A program made the position numbers and the translations under genes. A model generated the notes under the pieces. That model was not told the origin of the DNA and searched no databases. It worked only from the letters and a program-made list of their open reading frames with translations. DNA of 64,000 nt, taken from NCBI GenBank assembly GCA_947470895.1, contig CANIVF010000018.1, positions 2,409 through 66,408 on the forward strand, written 5' to 3'. Below are positions 51,093 through 60,120 of the stretch, piece by piece (the stretch's first letter is position 1; every line of letters starts with the position of its first letter). Origin of the DNA: Bacteroidota bacterium. GTDB taxonomy: Bacteria; Bacteroidota; Bacteroidia; Cytophagales; Cyclobacteriaceae.

Positions 51093-52913
51093 ATGCCAAA
51101 ACGATCATCAAAATCAAATACATCAACATCGAATAACTTACTTGTAGAAATAGCATGGGAAGTGTGTAATCAAGTAGGCGGAATCTACACCGTTATCCGA
51201 TCGAAGGCACCTGCCATCATGGAAAACTGGAATGGAAGATATTGCTTGATCGGGCCTTATGTAAACAAAAGTATTCATGCTGAATTAGAACCATTAGAAG
51301 ATGCAGCCGACATTTTTGGTTTAGCGGCTGCCAACTTGCGAAAGAAAGGATACGATGTGATGTATGCCGAATGGCTGATCACCGGGAAGCCACGTGTTGT
51401 GTTGCTTAATCCTGTAATCGAAGAAAAGGCTATGGCGGTGATTAATTATTTACTTTGGAAAAATCACAGCATCAGCACTACCAATGCTACGCCACTGATT
51501 GATCAGGTTATTGGCTTCGCCTATTTGACAAAACTCTTTATCGATGAATTGGTGAAGTTGGCAGGCAACGATAAAACATTAATCGCTCACTTTCACGAAT
51601 GGATGGCCGGACTTCCCATCCTCGACATCAAGCGTGATAAGATGCCTGTGAAAACTATTTTCACAACACATGCCACTCAGCTGGGAAGACACCTTGCCAT
51701 TAACTCGCCATTATTCTACGCACATCTTCCATTTTTTAAATGGGAAGATGAGGCTCATAAATTTGGAGTGGAAACAGAGGCCGCCATTGAGTATGGTTGT
51801 GCACAGAGTTGTGATGTGATGAGCACGGTGAGTGATGTTACAGCGCGTGAGTGTAAGCATCTTCTGAGAAGAACCCCTGATATCATCCTACCTAACGGAT
51901 TGAATATTCAACGCTTTGAAGCCTTGCACGAATCTCAAAATCTTCATTCGCTTCACAAAGAACAAATTCATGAATTTGTGATGGGGCATTTCTTCAATTC
52001 ATATTCGTTCGACTTAAGTAACACGGTATACTTTTTTACGTCAGGGCGATATGAATACAAGAACAAGGGCTTTGACCTCACCCTCGAAGCACTGGTACAT
52101 TTAAATCATCAGTTAAAACAAGAAAAATCGCATCTCACCGTAGTGATGTTTTTTGTTACCAAGCGTGAATTCTACAACATCAGACCAGAAGTATTGCAAT
52201 CGCGAGCTGTGATGGAAGAGATACGGCAAACGTGCGAGGCCATTCAACGGCAAGTGGGCAAGCGCTTATTTTTTGAAAGCACGAGTCGCAAAGATCACCG
52301 GCTGCCGGAGTTAAATGATTTTGTAGATGAATATTGGAAACTCCGCTACCGAAGAACAATTCAATCGTGGAAAAGCAGTAAGATGCCATTGCCTGTTACT
52401 CATAAACTAGTGAATGAGGAGCAGGATGAAATTCTTCAGTTTTTAATAAGACGAGATTTGATTAACCGCGAAGAAGATAAAGTGAAGATCGTCTATCATC
52501 CTGATTTTATTAATTCTACCAATCCACTCTTTGGTATGGACTACGGTCAATTTGTTCGCGGTTGCCATCTTGGAATTTTCCCCAGCTATTATGAACCGTG
52601 GGGCTACACGCCACTCGAGTGCATGGCCAGCGGTGTGCCCGCAGTAACCAGCGATCTCAGTGGCTTTGGCGATTATCTATTGCGTAACATGCCCGATCAT
52701 GAAAAAGGTGGAATGTTTGTGGTTGAGCGTGGCAAACGTACTTTTGATTGGAGTGCCAAACAACTGGCTGGCTTCCTGTATAAATTTTTACAACAAGATC
52801 GCAGAAGCAGAAGCATGCAGCGCAACAACGTAGAGAATTATTCTTCAGCTTTTGATTGGGAGACACTGATCAAGCATTATGAAAATGCCTATCAGCTAGC
52901 ATTACAAAAATAA
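51093..52913 (+). CDS. GT3-family (eukaryote-type) glycogen synthase
   Basis: 606 aa. The N-terminus LVEIAWEVCNQVGGIYTVIRSKA...LIGPY closely mirrors animal/fungal glycogen synthase. The C-terminal part contains FPSYYEPWGYTPLECMASGVP. Confidence 0.85.
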   Translation: MPKRSSKSNTSTSNNLLVEIAWEVCNQVGGIYTVIRSKAPAIMENWNGRYCLIGPYVNKSIHAELEPLEDAADIFGLAAANLRKKGYDVMYAEWLITGKPRVVLLNPVIEEKAMAVINYLLWKNHSISTTNATPLIDQVIGFAYLTKLFIDELVKLAGNDKTLIAHFHEWMAGLPILDIKRDKMPVKTIFTTHATQLGRHLAINSPLFYAHLPFFKWEDEAHKFGVETEAAIEYGCAQSCDVMSTVSDVTARECKHLLRRTPDIILPNGLNIQRFEALHESQNLHSLHKEQIHEFVMGHFFNSYSFDLSNTVYFFTSGRYEYKNKGFDLTLEALVHLNHQLKQEKSHLTVVMFFVTKREFYNIRPEVLQSRAVMEEIRQTCEAIQRQVGKRLFFESTSRKDHRLPELNDFVDEYWKLRYRRTIQSWKSSKMPLPVTHKLVNEEQDEILQFLIRRDLINREEDKVKIVYHPDFINSTNPLFGMDYGQFVRGCHLGIFPSYYEPWGYTPLECMASGVPAVTSDLSGFGDYLLRNMPDHEKGGMFVVERGKRTFDWSAKQLAGFLYKFLQQDRRSRSMQRNNVENYSSAFDWETLIKHYENAYQLALQK

Positions 52914-52920
52914 TGTTACG

Positions 52921-53577
52921 CTATGATAACTGTTCATCAATCCACTGACTGATCTCCAAAGCCAGAATAGAAATCAGGTTTTGTTTCTTTGTTGAGTTAA
53001 AACTATGATCCATTCCTTCCAGTCTGATCAATTTCGATAACGGAAGTTCAGCACAAACCTGTTCGATAAGGTTCCACTCCGCCAGGGAATCTTTTGTGCC
53101 TTGAAGAAAAAGCATAGGCTGTTTTACATTCTTCAAATGAACGGCACGATCAACGGAAGATTTTCCTGCGGGATGCAGTGGGAACCCAACGAAAACGATT
53201 CCTCTTATTTGCTTATCCTCTACTAAAGATAAGTAGGTCGAAGTCATTCGACCTCCAAATGATTTGCCGCCTGCAAAGGCGGGTACTTTTGGAAAGAGCT
53301 TAGCCGATTTCTTTATAGCAGCCTCCACAGCCTTAAGCGCAACAGGAGCAAAATCAGGACGCTTCTTCTTTTGTTCCATGAAGAGAAAATTATAGCGAAG
53401 TGTGGCGATCTGATGATGGGCAAGCTCCTGAGATAACTCCTTCATGAAAGCATGATTCATTCCCGCGCCAGCACCATGGGCAAATACAAAAATTGCTTTT
53501 GGTGATTCGAGCAAATAAACCTCAGCGGATACAGATTCAGATTCATTCACGCTTATCTTGTATGTGGCACTTTTCAT
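52921..53577 (-). CDS. Alpha/beta hydrolase (dienelactone hydrolase/KANL3-like)
   Basis: 218 aa with a nucleophile elbow GKSFGG and a C-terminal His (GMDHSF). Confidence 0.6.
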   Translation of the reverse strand: MKSATYKISVNESESVSAEVYLLESPKAIFVFAHGAGAGMNHAFMKELSQELAHHQIATLRYNFLFMEQKKKRPDFAPVALKAVEAAIKKSAKLFPKVPAFAGGKSFGGRMTSTYLSLVEDKQIRGIVFVGFPLHPAGKSSVDRAVHLKNVKQPMLFLQGTKDSLAEWNLIEQVCAELPLSKLIRLEGMDHSFNSTKKQNLISILALEISQWIDEQLS

Positions 53578-53687
53578 AGTTCACCATAATTAGTAGGCTA
53601 TATTGAAAATACTAAAAATGAACTAAATACACCAAAGATTGATTTCAATTTCCTGTTATCTTGCACTAAAATTTTAAAACATTCAAA

Positions 53688-54134
53688 ATGAAAATTGCTG
53701 AAATCCATACCAAAAAAGGAGTGATGAAAATCCAGTTCTTTGAAGAGGATGCTCCTATTGCGGTTAACAACTTCGCCACGCTAGCCGAAAAAGGTTTTTA
53801 TGATGGCATTATCTTCCACAGGGTGATTCCTAATTTTATGATTCAGGGTGGTTGCCCGAATGGTATCGGTAATGGCGGACCAGGCTATACCATTAATTGC
53901 GAACTTACTGGAAAAAATCAATATCACGATCGTGGCGTTATATCCATGGCTCATGCTGGTCGTAATACAGGCGGTTCACAATTCTTTATTTGTCACAATC
54001 GCCAGAATACAGCTCACCTCGATCGAAACCATACCGTGTTTGGAAAAGTGTATGAAGGATTGGATGTGATTGATACCATCCGCCAGGGAGATGTGATGGA
54101 AAAAGTGGTGATTACAGAAGTAGAATCGATCTGA
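53688..54134 (+). CDS. Cyclophilin-type peptidyl-prolyl cis-trans isomerase
   Basis: 148 aa (FHRVIPNFMIQGG, SMAHAGRNTGGSQFFI). Confidence 0.93.
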   Translation: MKIAEIHTKKGVMKIQFFEEDAPIAVNNFATLAEKGFYDGIIFHRVIPNFMIQGGCPNGIGNGGPGYTINCELTGKNQYHDRGVISMAHAGRNTGGSQFFICHNRQNTAHLDRNHTVFGKVYEGLDVIDTIRQGDVMEKVVITEVESI

Positions 54135-54156
54135 TCAAATTATTTTCTTTTTTAAG

Positions 54157-54188
54157 AAGCATCATCTCATTCGGGATGGTGCTTTTTT
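54157..54188 (+). terminator. Terminator after the cyclophilin gene
   Basis: AAGCATCATC..GGATGGTGCTT imperfect hairpin followed by T6. Confidence 0.6.
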
Positions 54189-54289
54189 ATGACTAAACAA
54201 TCACCAAAACAAACAGGCAGAACCATTTAAAGAAAAAGAATATGATAAATAAAGGTTCTGTATTACTTTCAACTAACTAACAAACTACC

Positions 54290-55204
54290 ATGACAACATC
54301 ACGCAGAGATTTTCTTAAAAAGAGTACCCTCGCTGTGGCGGGAGGTTCCTTACTTTCCACTTCCTTGTTTGTCAATCCGCCTAAAAAGAAATTATTAGGC
54401 TTGCAACTTTATTGCGTTCGCGATGAAATGAAGGCAGACCCACTTGCTACACTAAAGGAACTTGCTAAGATCGGTTACAAATATGTGGAACATGCCGACT
54501 ATGTAGACAGAAAATTCTATGGCTGGACTCCACAAGAATTTAAGAAAGTGTTAAAAGACCTAGGCATGAAGATGCCAAGTGGGCACACCGTGTTGAACAT
54601 GAGTAAGCATTGGGATGCCACCAAAAAAGACTTTACAGATTCATGGAAATATACGGTTGAAGATGCTGCGTACATGGAACAGGAGTTTGTCATCAGTCCT
54701 TCGATGGATTCTAAAGTGCGCCAATCCAGGGAAGCCCTCATGCATATACTGGAAGCCTTTAATAAGAGTGGTGAACTCTGCAAAAAATCAGGAATGAAAT
54801 TCGGATATCACAATCACCATTTTGAATTCAATGAAAAGCATGGTGATGAAACGCTGTACGACATCATTTTAAATAACACCGATCCAAATCTGGTGATGCA
54901 ACAACTCGACACTGGCAACTTATATAATGGTGGCGCCAAAGCAATTGATATCGTGAAGAAATTCCCCGGTCGCTTTGAATCATTGCATGTGAAAGATGAA
55001 ATCAAAAGCCCGGATGGAAGCCATGAGAAATATGAGAGTACGATTTTAGGTGCTGGCATTGTTGGTGTAAAGGAGGTCATTGACATCTGTCGCGATTCAG
55101 GTGGCACTATTCATTTCATCATCGAACAGGAGTCTTATCAAGGCAAGGCTCCGATTCAGTGTATGAAGGAAGATTATGAGGTGATGAAGAAGTGGGGATA
55201 TTAA
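54290..55204 (+). CDS. Tat-exported xylose-isomerase-like TIM-barrel protein (sugar phosphate isomerase/epimerase family)
   Basis: 304 aa with a twin-arginine signal (MTTSRRDFLKKSTLAVAGG) and TIM-barrel family motifs (YHNHHFEF, LHVKD, IIEQE). Confidence 0.75.
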   Translation: MTTSRRDFLKKSTLAVAGGSLLSTSLFVNPPKKKLLGLQLYCVRDEMKADPLATLKELAKIGYKYVEHADYVDRKFYGWTPQEFKKVLKDLGMKMPSGHTVLNMSKHWDATKKDFTDSWKYTVEDAAYMEQEFVISPSMDSKVRQSREALMHILEAFNKSGELCKKSGMKFGYHNHHFEFNEKHGDETLYDIILNNTDPNLVMQQLDTGNLYNGGAKAIDIVKKFPGRFESLHVKDEIKSPDGSHEKYESTILGAGIVGVKEVIDICRDSGGTIHFIIEQESYQGKAPIQCMKEDYEVMKKWGY

Positions 55205-55250
55205 ATTAATGGACAATTGAAAATGTCGAGTTGGCAATGTGCCATGCATG

Positions 55251-55280
55251 AAAAAACCGGGGTTAGTCCTCGGTTTTTTT
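55251..55280. terminator. Bidirectional terminator between convergent genes
   Basis: A6-CCGGGG-TTAGT-CCTCGG-T7, a hairpin flanked by an A-run and a T-run. Confidence 0.65.
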
Positions 55281-55286
55281 ATTGGA

Positions 55287-56405
55287 CTATTTTTTCTTCA
55301 AGAACCTTCCGGAAAAAATCAGAAGTGGCACAGCATATACCGCAATCATCGCATACGCCATAACGCTATAGCCTTTCGCAACAAGATCAATGATGCCAAT
55401 CTGTGATAAAATAAGAGAAGCAATCAGAGCAGCGAGTGAAATGTAGGCTTTTGTTATATTTTGTAATGGTTTGCCTTTTTCAATCGCCTCAGTTTCTATA
55501 CGGCTAATGAATGCGTGAATCATACCCGTAGCTGTTTCAATCAATGTCCAGCCAACGACTATACCAAATACAGCAATTAAAATTGGACTGAACTCTTCCA
55601 GCATTTTTAACCAAGGCACTGTTGATTCCAATACGCTCTTATCGGGATAGTAGGCCATGATGGCGAAGTAAGTCAGGAACCAGGGAATGGTCATCATCAA
55701 TCCTGAAATGATCGAAGCAATAATGCTCTCCTTTCTCGTATGAAGATTACGGAACGTAAAAAATGAAGCCGGATATACAGCCAGATTATAACCTACATAT
55801 AAAATACCTGTCCATAATAAAATACCGATGCCCGGTGCATCCTGCATGTAACTTGTATTCCAATCACGGAAAGTTTGCGCGATCACATCACCTTTGCTTC
55901 CGAACACATAAAAAGTAAAAACAAAATAAGCAACAAACAGCGCTACCGATCCGATGGTTTCCAGTTTGGCAATCATCTCCTCGCCCTTGTAATTTAAGAA
56001 GCCCACTACAACTGTAATCAACACCACGCCCACCCACTTATTGAAATTTAAAGTCTGATTTAAAATCTCACCGGCTGCCGATGCCATCACCGCGATGATC
56101 AACACGGCCAATAACAAGTACACGATTTCGTAAGCGATCCAACCGGGACCGATTAACTTTTTCAATAATGATTTGTAGTCATATACTTTCCAGTAGCGAC
56201 TCGCCTCCATCGATAAAAATGCGATGAGTGAAAAGCCAAAGAATATGGCGAGGCCACTGACCCAACCACTGGCTCCAAACTTTCCTCCATACTCTACAAT
56301 CTCGCGACCTGTAGCATAACCACCACCAATCAATACAGATTGAAGAATAACACCCGGAAGAAATAATCTTTTAAAGACAGATGAAGCAACAGTAGTATGA
56401 ATCAA
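55287..56405 (-). CDS. YkvI-like multi-pass membrane protein (putative transporter)
   Basis: 372 aa, about 11 TM segments, with an N-terminal GGGYATGREIVEY motif resembling YkvI. It has a TTG start. Confidence 0.5.
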   Translation of the reverse strand: MIHTTVASSVFKRLFLPGVILQSVLIGGGYATGREIVEYGGKFGASGWVSGLAIFFGFSLIAFLSMEASRYWKVYDYKSLLKKLIGPGWIAYEIVYLLLAVLIIAVMASAAGEILNQTLNFNKWVGVVLITVVVGFLNYKGEEMIAKLETIGSVALFVAYFVFTFYVFGSKGDVIAQTFRDWNTSYMQDAPGIGILLWTGILYVGYNLAVYPASFFTFRNLHTRKESIIASIISGLMMTIPWFLTYFAIMAYYPDKSVLESTVPWLKMLEEFSPILIAVFGIVVGWTLIETATGMIHAFISRIETEAIEKGKPLQNITKAYISLAALIASLILSQIGIIDLVAKGYSVMAYAMIAVYAVPLLIFSGRFLKKK

Positions 56406-56444
56406 TGGAGTATTAGTTAAAATTAAGCATTCAATATACAGGAA

Positions 56445-57308
56445 TTATTTGATCACTTCCGCAGCGGCCATCTCCCAACCAATGATCCCTTTCTTTCGCG
56501 TAGCATTCCAGCGATACTCACCGAGTACACCATCTTTGCGGATGACGCGGTGACAAGGAATCAAATAGGCTATATGATTGGAACCCACCGCAGAACCCAC
56601 CGCTTGCATGGCTTTAGGATTATATATTTTTAAAGCGATATCCTGATACGTAGACACATTTCCCAAAGGAAGTTTTAACAACGCCTCCCATACTTTGATT
56701 TGAAAGTTCGTACCCTTCACCAGCAGGTGAATTTTCGTATGCCCGTTTGAGGCTTTGCGTGCAAAAATATCGCTAACAAATTCTTCCGTCAGAACCTGAT
56801 TCTGATGAAACACCGAATTATGCCAATGCGCTTTCATCGCCTCTAACTCATGTTTAGGATCTTCATCCGTATTGATGAACGAGAGCCAGCAAACCCCACG
56901 TTCGGTTACTCCAATCAATGCATCACCAAATGGTGTTTCATGAATTCCGTATTCAATGCGAATGCCCGTTCCACTTTGTTTGTATTCTTGTGGAGTGACT
57001 GCCTCCAACCTAGTGAACAAATCATACACCCGCGACTGACTGGAAAGCCCTGCAGCCTCAGCCACCTCCAACAGGTTTTTAGATTCCTTAAGCTTTGTTT
57101 TTAAAAAATCAACAGTGAGAAATTGTAAAAATCGCTTGGGGCTAATGCCTGCCCACTCCCTAAACAATCGTTGAAAATGAAAAGAAGAAAGGTGTACTAC
57201 TTCGGCAACCTCATCCAATTCCGGTTGATGCTGAATGTTTTTTTCGAGGTACTGAATAGCCTGCTCGATACGCTGATAGTTGATGTCCTGATCCATAACG
57301 GTTCTCAT
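56445..57308 (-). CDS. AraC-type HTH + methylated-DNA-[protein]-cysteine S-methyltransferase fusion (Ada-like, lacking Zn domain)
   Basis: AraC HTH (HLSSFHFQRLFREWAGISPKRF) followed by an MGMT domain with active site IPCHRVIRKDG. The first ATG is at 57308; the track uses a GTG at 57332. Confidence 0.85.
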   Translation of the reverse strand: MRTVMDQDINYQRIEQAIQYLEKNIQHQPELDEVAEVVHLSSFHFQRLFREWAGISPKRFLQFLTVDFLKTKLKESKNLLEVAEAAGLSSQSRVYDLFTRLEAVTPQEYKQSGTGIRIEYGIHETPFGDALIGVTERGVCWLSFINTDEDPKHELEAMKAHWHNSVFHQNQVLTEEFVSDIFARKASNGHTKIHLLVKGTNFQIKVWEALLKLPLGNVSTYQDIALKIYNPKAMQAVGSAVGSNHIAYLIPCHRVIRKDGVLGEYRWNATRKKGIIGWEMAAAEVIK

Positions 57309-57539
57309 AAAGCTATAATTTTTTGCTGACACAAAACTGCCGTGAATGGATTAATTGCTCAACCTGTTTCTTGCTATGTGTTTGAACTATCAAAACTAAA
57401 AATCAAACACGTGCCTCCGTGAATATCTACGCTGCATTTCTCTGTGCTCCTCAGTGGTAAGATTAAGTCCGATACCCCTATTCTACTTAGATATACCTGA
57501 TTTTTGACTATTTTTATCATTCAATCAAATCACCATCCC

Positions 57540-58436
57540 ATGAAATCAAATCATCTAAGCATCTTCTTTTTATTGATTGCGTTTACGGTTAGCGCACAAA
57601 CCAATTATGACAGCGTTACAATCCGCCCGGTTAAACTATCGGAGCAAATCTATATGTTGAAAGGCTCGGGAGGCAACATCGGTGTCATGATCGGAAAGGA
57701 AGGAACCCTCGTGATCGACAATCAATTTGCTCCACTCTCCAACAAAATCAATGGCGCTGTGAAAACACTCGATCCCGGAGAAATAAAATTCATGATCAAC
57801 ACCCACCTGCATGGCGACCACAGCGGTGGTAATGAAAACTTTTATAAGATGGGCGCCACCATTGTGGCCCACGACCAGGTGCGCGAGCGCATGATGAAAG
57901 AATCCTTCAACGCCAGAGCGAACCGCACTACCCCTCCCCGCGACAAAGAAGCATGGCCAGCCATCACCTTTGCCGACAAACTTAATTTTCATTTGAATGA
58001 CGAAGACATCATCCTCCATCACTTTGATGCTGGCCACACCGATGGCGATGTGATCGTTCAATTCAAAAAAGCAAACATTGTTCACACCGGTGATGCGTTT
58101 GTTCGTTATGGCTATCCTTTCATTGATATCTCCAGCGGTGGCGGTGTCAATGGATTTATTAACACACTCGATAAAATTCTTTTACTGATTGATGACAACA
58201 CTAAAGTAATTCCCGGCCATGGTGAAGTGGCCACGAAAGCCGATGTAAAAAAAGTGCGCGATCACATAGCCGACATCCGAGACCAGGTAGCAGCAGCATT
58301 GAAGAAAGGAAAGAAGATTGAAGACATGGCTGCCCTCGGCATCACCGACAAGTATGATGCTGAATATGGAAAAGGATTTGTGAAAGGAAAAGATTTTGTG
58401 TTGATGGTGGCTGAGAATTTGAAGGGTGGGAAGTAG
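57540..58436 (+). CDS. Exported MBL-fold metallo-hydrolase
   Basis: The start was moved to the ATG giving MKSNHLSIFFLLIAFTVSAQ. HxHxDH motif present (HLHGDHSGGN). Confidence 0.85.
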   Translation: MKSNHLSIFFLLIAFTVSAQTNYDSVTIRPVKLSEQIYMLKGSGGNIGVMIGKEGTLVIDNQFAPLSNKINGAVKTLDPGEIKFMINTHLHGDHSGGNENFYKMGATIVAHDQVRERMMKESFNARANRTTPPRDKEAWPAITFADKLNFHLNDEDIILHHFDAGHTDGDVIVQFKKANIVHTGDAFVRYGYPFIDISSGGGVNGFINTLDKILLLIDDNTKVIPGHGEVATKADVKKVRDHIADIRDQVAAALKKGKKIEDMAALGITDKYDAEYGKGFVKGKDFVLMVAENLKGGK

Positions 58437-58492
58437 AGCTGCGTACCACTGCTTAAAAAATGATTCCGTTATAGTTTGCTCTGACAAAAACA

Positions 58493-59251
58493 ATGAAACA
58501 CAAACCGAATTACATTTACAAATACACATCCCTTAACGCTTTTACTTTCAGAAATCTAATTTTAGGGCAACTTAGATTTAACCCACCCTCCTCAATGAAT
58601 GACCAACTTGAGGGAATGATTAAAATAAAGAATGCTGAATTTAAACCGAGCAAAAAGGCGTTAAACAATTTTTTAAAAGGTAAACGACTGAATTATTGGT
58701 GGAACGAAAATGAAGAAAGTAGGTTCCTAGATCTTTATATGGACTACTGGTTCAATTATGAATTAAAAAAATATAGAATCTCTTGCTTTTCAAAAACGGC
58801 AACAGAAACTTTAATGTGGGCTCATTATTCAGATAAACATTCAGGAATATGTCTGATGTATGACAAAGACATTCTTCTACAAAGCTTGAAGAGCATAGAC
58901 AACTTCGAACTAATTTCCGTACAATACGGAGTAAAACCAACGATTACTCTTTTAGAAAAAGAAAATAGAATAGAGTATGAATCAGATATCCCGATAATAT
59001 CAGCCAAAGATTCAAATTGGAAATATGAAAAAGAAGTCAGGATATATCACATACATGAGGAAGGTGAGTACCATAGAGATTCATTTTATACTCCAAGAGA
59101 AGCTTTACTTGGAATAATCTATGGATATCAAATTCCAGAAGACGATAAAGATGCTATATCAATGATTCTTCGAAATGAACCACATTATGGACATGTTGAA
59201 GAATATGATGAAGTGATAGATTATGAACTTGGAAGAATAATAATTGAATAA
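58493..59251 (+). CDS. DUF2971 domain protein
   Basis: 252 aa with family-typical motifs YIYKYTSLNAF..L..GQLRFNPPSSMNDQLEG and TLMWAHYSDKHSGICLMYD. The gene is visibly AT-rich. Confidence 0.7.
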   Translation: MKHKPNYIYKYTSLNAFTFRNLILGQLRFNPPSSMNDQLEGMIKIKNAEFKPSKKALNNFLKGKRLNYWWNENEESRFLDLYMDYWFNYELKKYRISCFSKTATETLMWAHYSDKHSGICLMYDKDILLQSLKSIDNFELISVQYGVKPTITLLEKENRIEYESDIPIISAKDSNWKYEKEVRIYHIHEEGEYHRDSFYTPREALLGIIYGYQIPEDDKDAISMILRNEPHYGHVEEYDEVIDYELGRIIIE

Positions 59252-59290
59252 GCAGCAACGCGCAAAACCTCCGCCTTTGTAGGTGTTCTT

Positions 59291-59812
59291 ATGTTCTTAA
59301 CCGTTGAAACTCCCGTGAGTCAAAGTAGCAATGTGGTTATCGCAAATGAATTTGTTGATGCTTTTTATTCCTTCAATAGAGATTCATTAGCGTCAGTACT
59401 TTCTCTGGCTAAACAATCACAGCCCAACATTTTATAATATCAAAAGTGGGCAGAGTGCGGCCACTATGAAATTGTTGAGCGCGGTGATTTCATTCAACAG
59501 AATGATTCACTGATGCTATTACCCGTTACGGTAAAAGACGATCTGATGAACGCACTGCAAATTAATTTCAATGTGACCGACACATTTCATATCACGATAC
59601 GTGATGGACAAATTCGTTCTGTAGAAACTTCCTCCAACGACCCTCATACCTATTATGCAGCCAAAGAGGGGGTGATAAAGAACCGGCCTGAATACGTTAA
59701 AAAAGCGTGGGAAGGCATCTGGGAATGAGGGCCAACTCCTTGTGAAGGTATACGAGAAATGATAAAAGGATTTACCGAGTTTGAAGCCAGAGATAAGGAA
59801 CCCAAGCTTTAA
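59291..59812 (+). pseudogene. NTF2/SnoaL-like gene interrupted by two in-frame stops
   Basis: One reading frame gives MFLTVETPVSQSSNVVIANEFVDAFYSFNRDSLASVLSLAKQSQPNIL-TAA(59435)-YQKWAECGHYEIV...KAWEGIWE-TGA(59726)-GPTPCEGIREMIKGFTEFEARDKEPKL-TAA. The ORF track shows only the middle 71 aa. Confidence 0.6.
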
Positions 59813-60120
59813 TAATGCCCGTTAATTTTCGCCTTCCTGCCTTCGGCCTGTGCCTGTGCTATTAACCATTCGTAAAAAAAACCAAATCAACGTTCTATAG
59901 GCCATTTGTATCGCTCCCCGTCCTTCCGTTCGCTCGCACCGAAGAGCGGTAGATAAGGGTCTGTTCAATAAACGTTGTCAGTTGATTAGTTTTGTTGAGT
60001 GAAGCAGACATCGGCTCTGCTAGGGAGCATCCGATGAAAGTCTGTTAATCAAAATGGGTCAAACTAGTTTATCAAGGACTGTAAGAACCTCGAGGCATTA
60101 ATTAAAGTAAATGAACGGCT

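Noticed and set aside
57380-57470. Segment gtgcctccgtgaatatctacgctgcatttctctgtgctcctcagtggtaag, reminiscent of short extragenic repeat families seen in some Bacteroidota
   Set aside because: There is only one copy in this window and no clear dyad symmetry. It cannot be called a repeat without whole-genome comparison.
59726-59728. In-frame TGA in the NTF2-like gene as a selenocysteine codon (..WE-U-GPTPC..)
   Set aside because: - The same gene also has an in-frame TAA.
- Only a weak 4-5-bp hairpin follows the TGA, where a SECIS element would be needed.
- No selenium-utilisation genes are in view.
- A pseudogene is the simpler explanation.
60020-60050. GGGAGCATCCGATGAAAGTCTG resembles a group II intron domain V (AGC triad + GAAA loop)
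   Set aside because: The flanking arms do not pair as a 14-bp domain V helix with the 2-nt bulge. No reverse transcriptase/maturase ORF or other intron domains are nearby.
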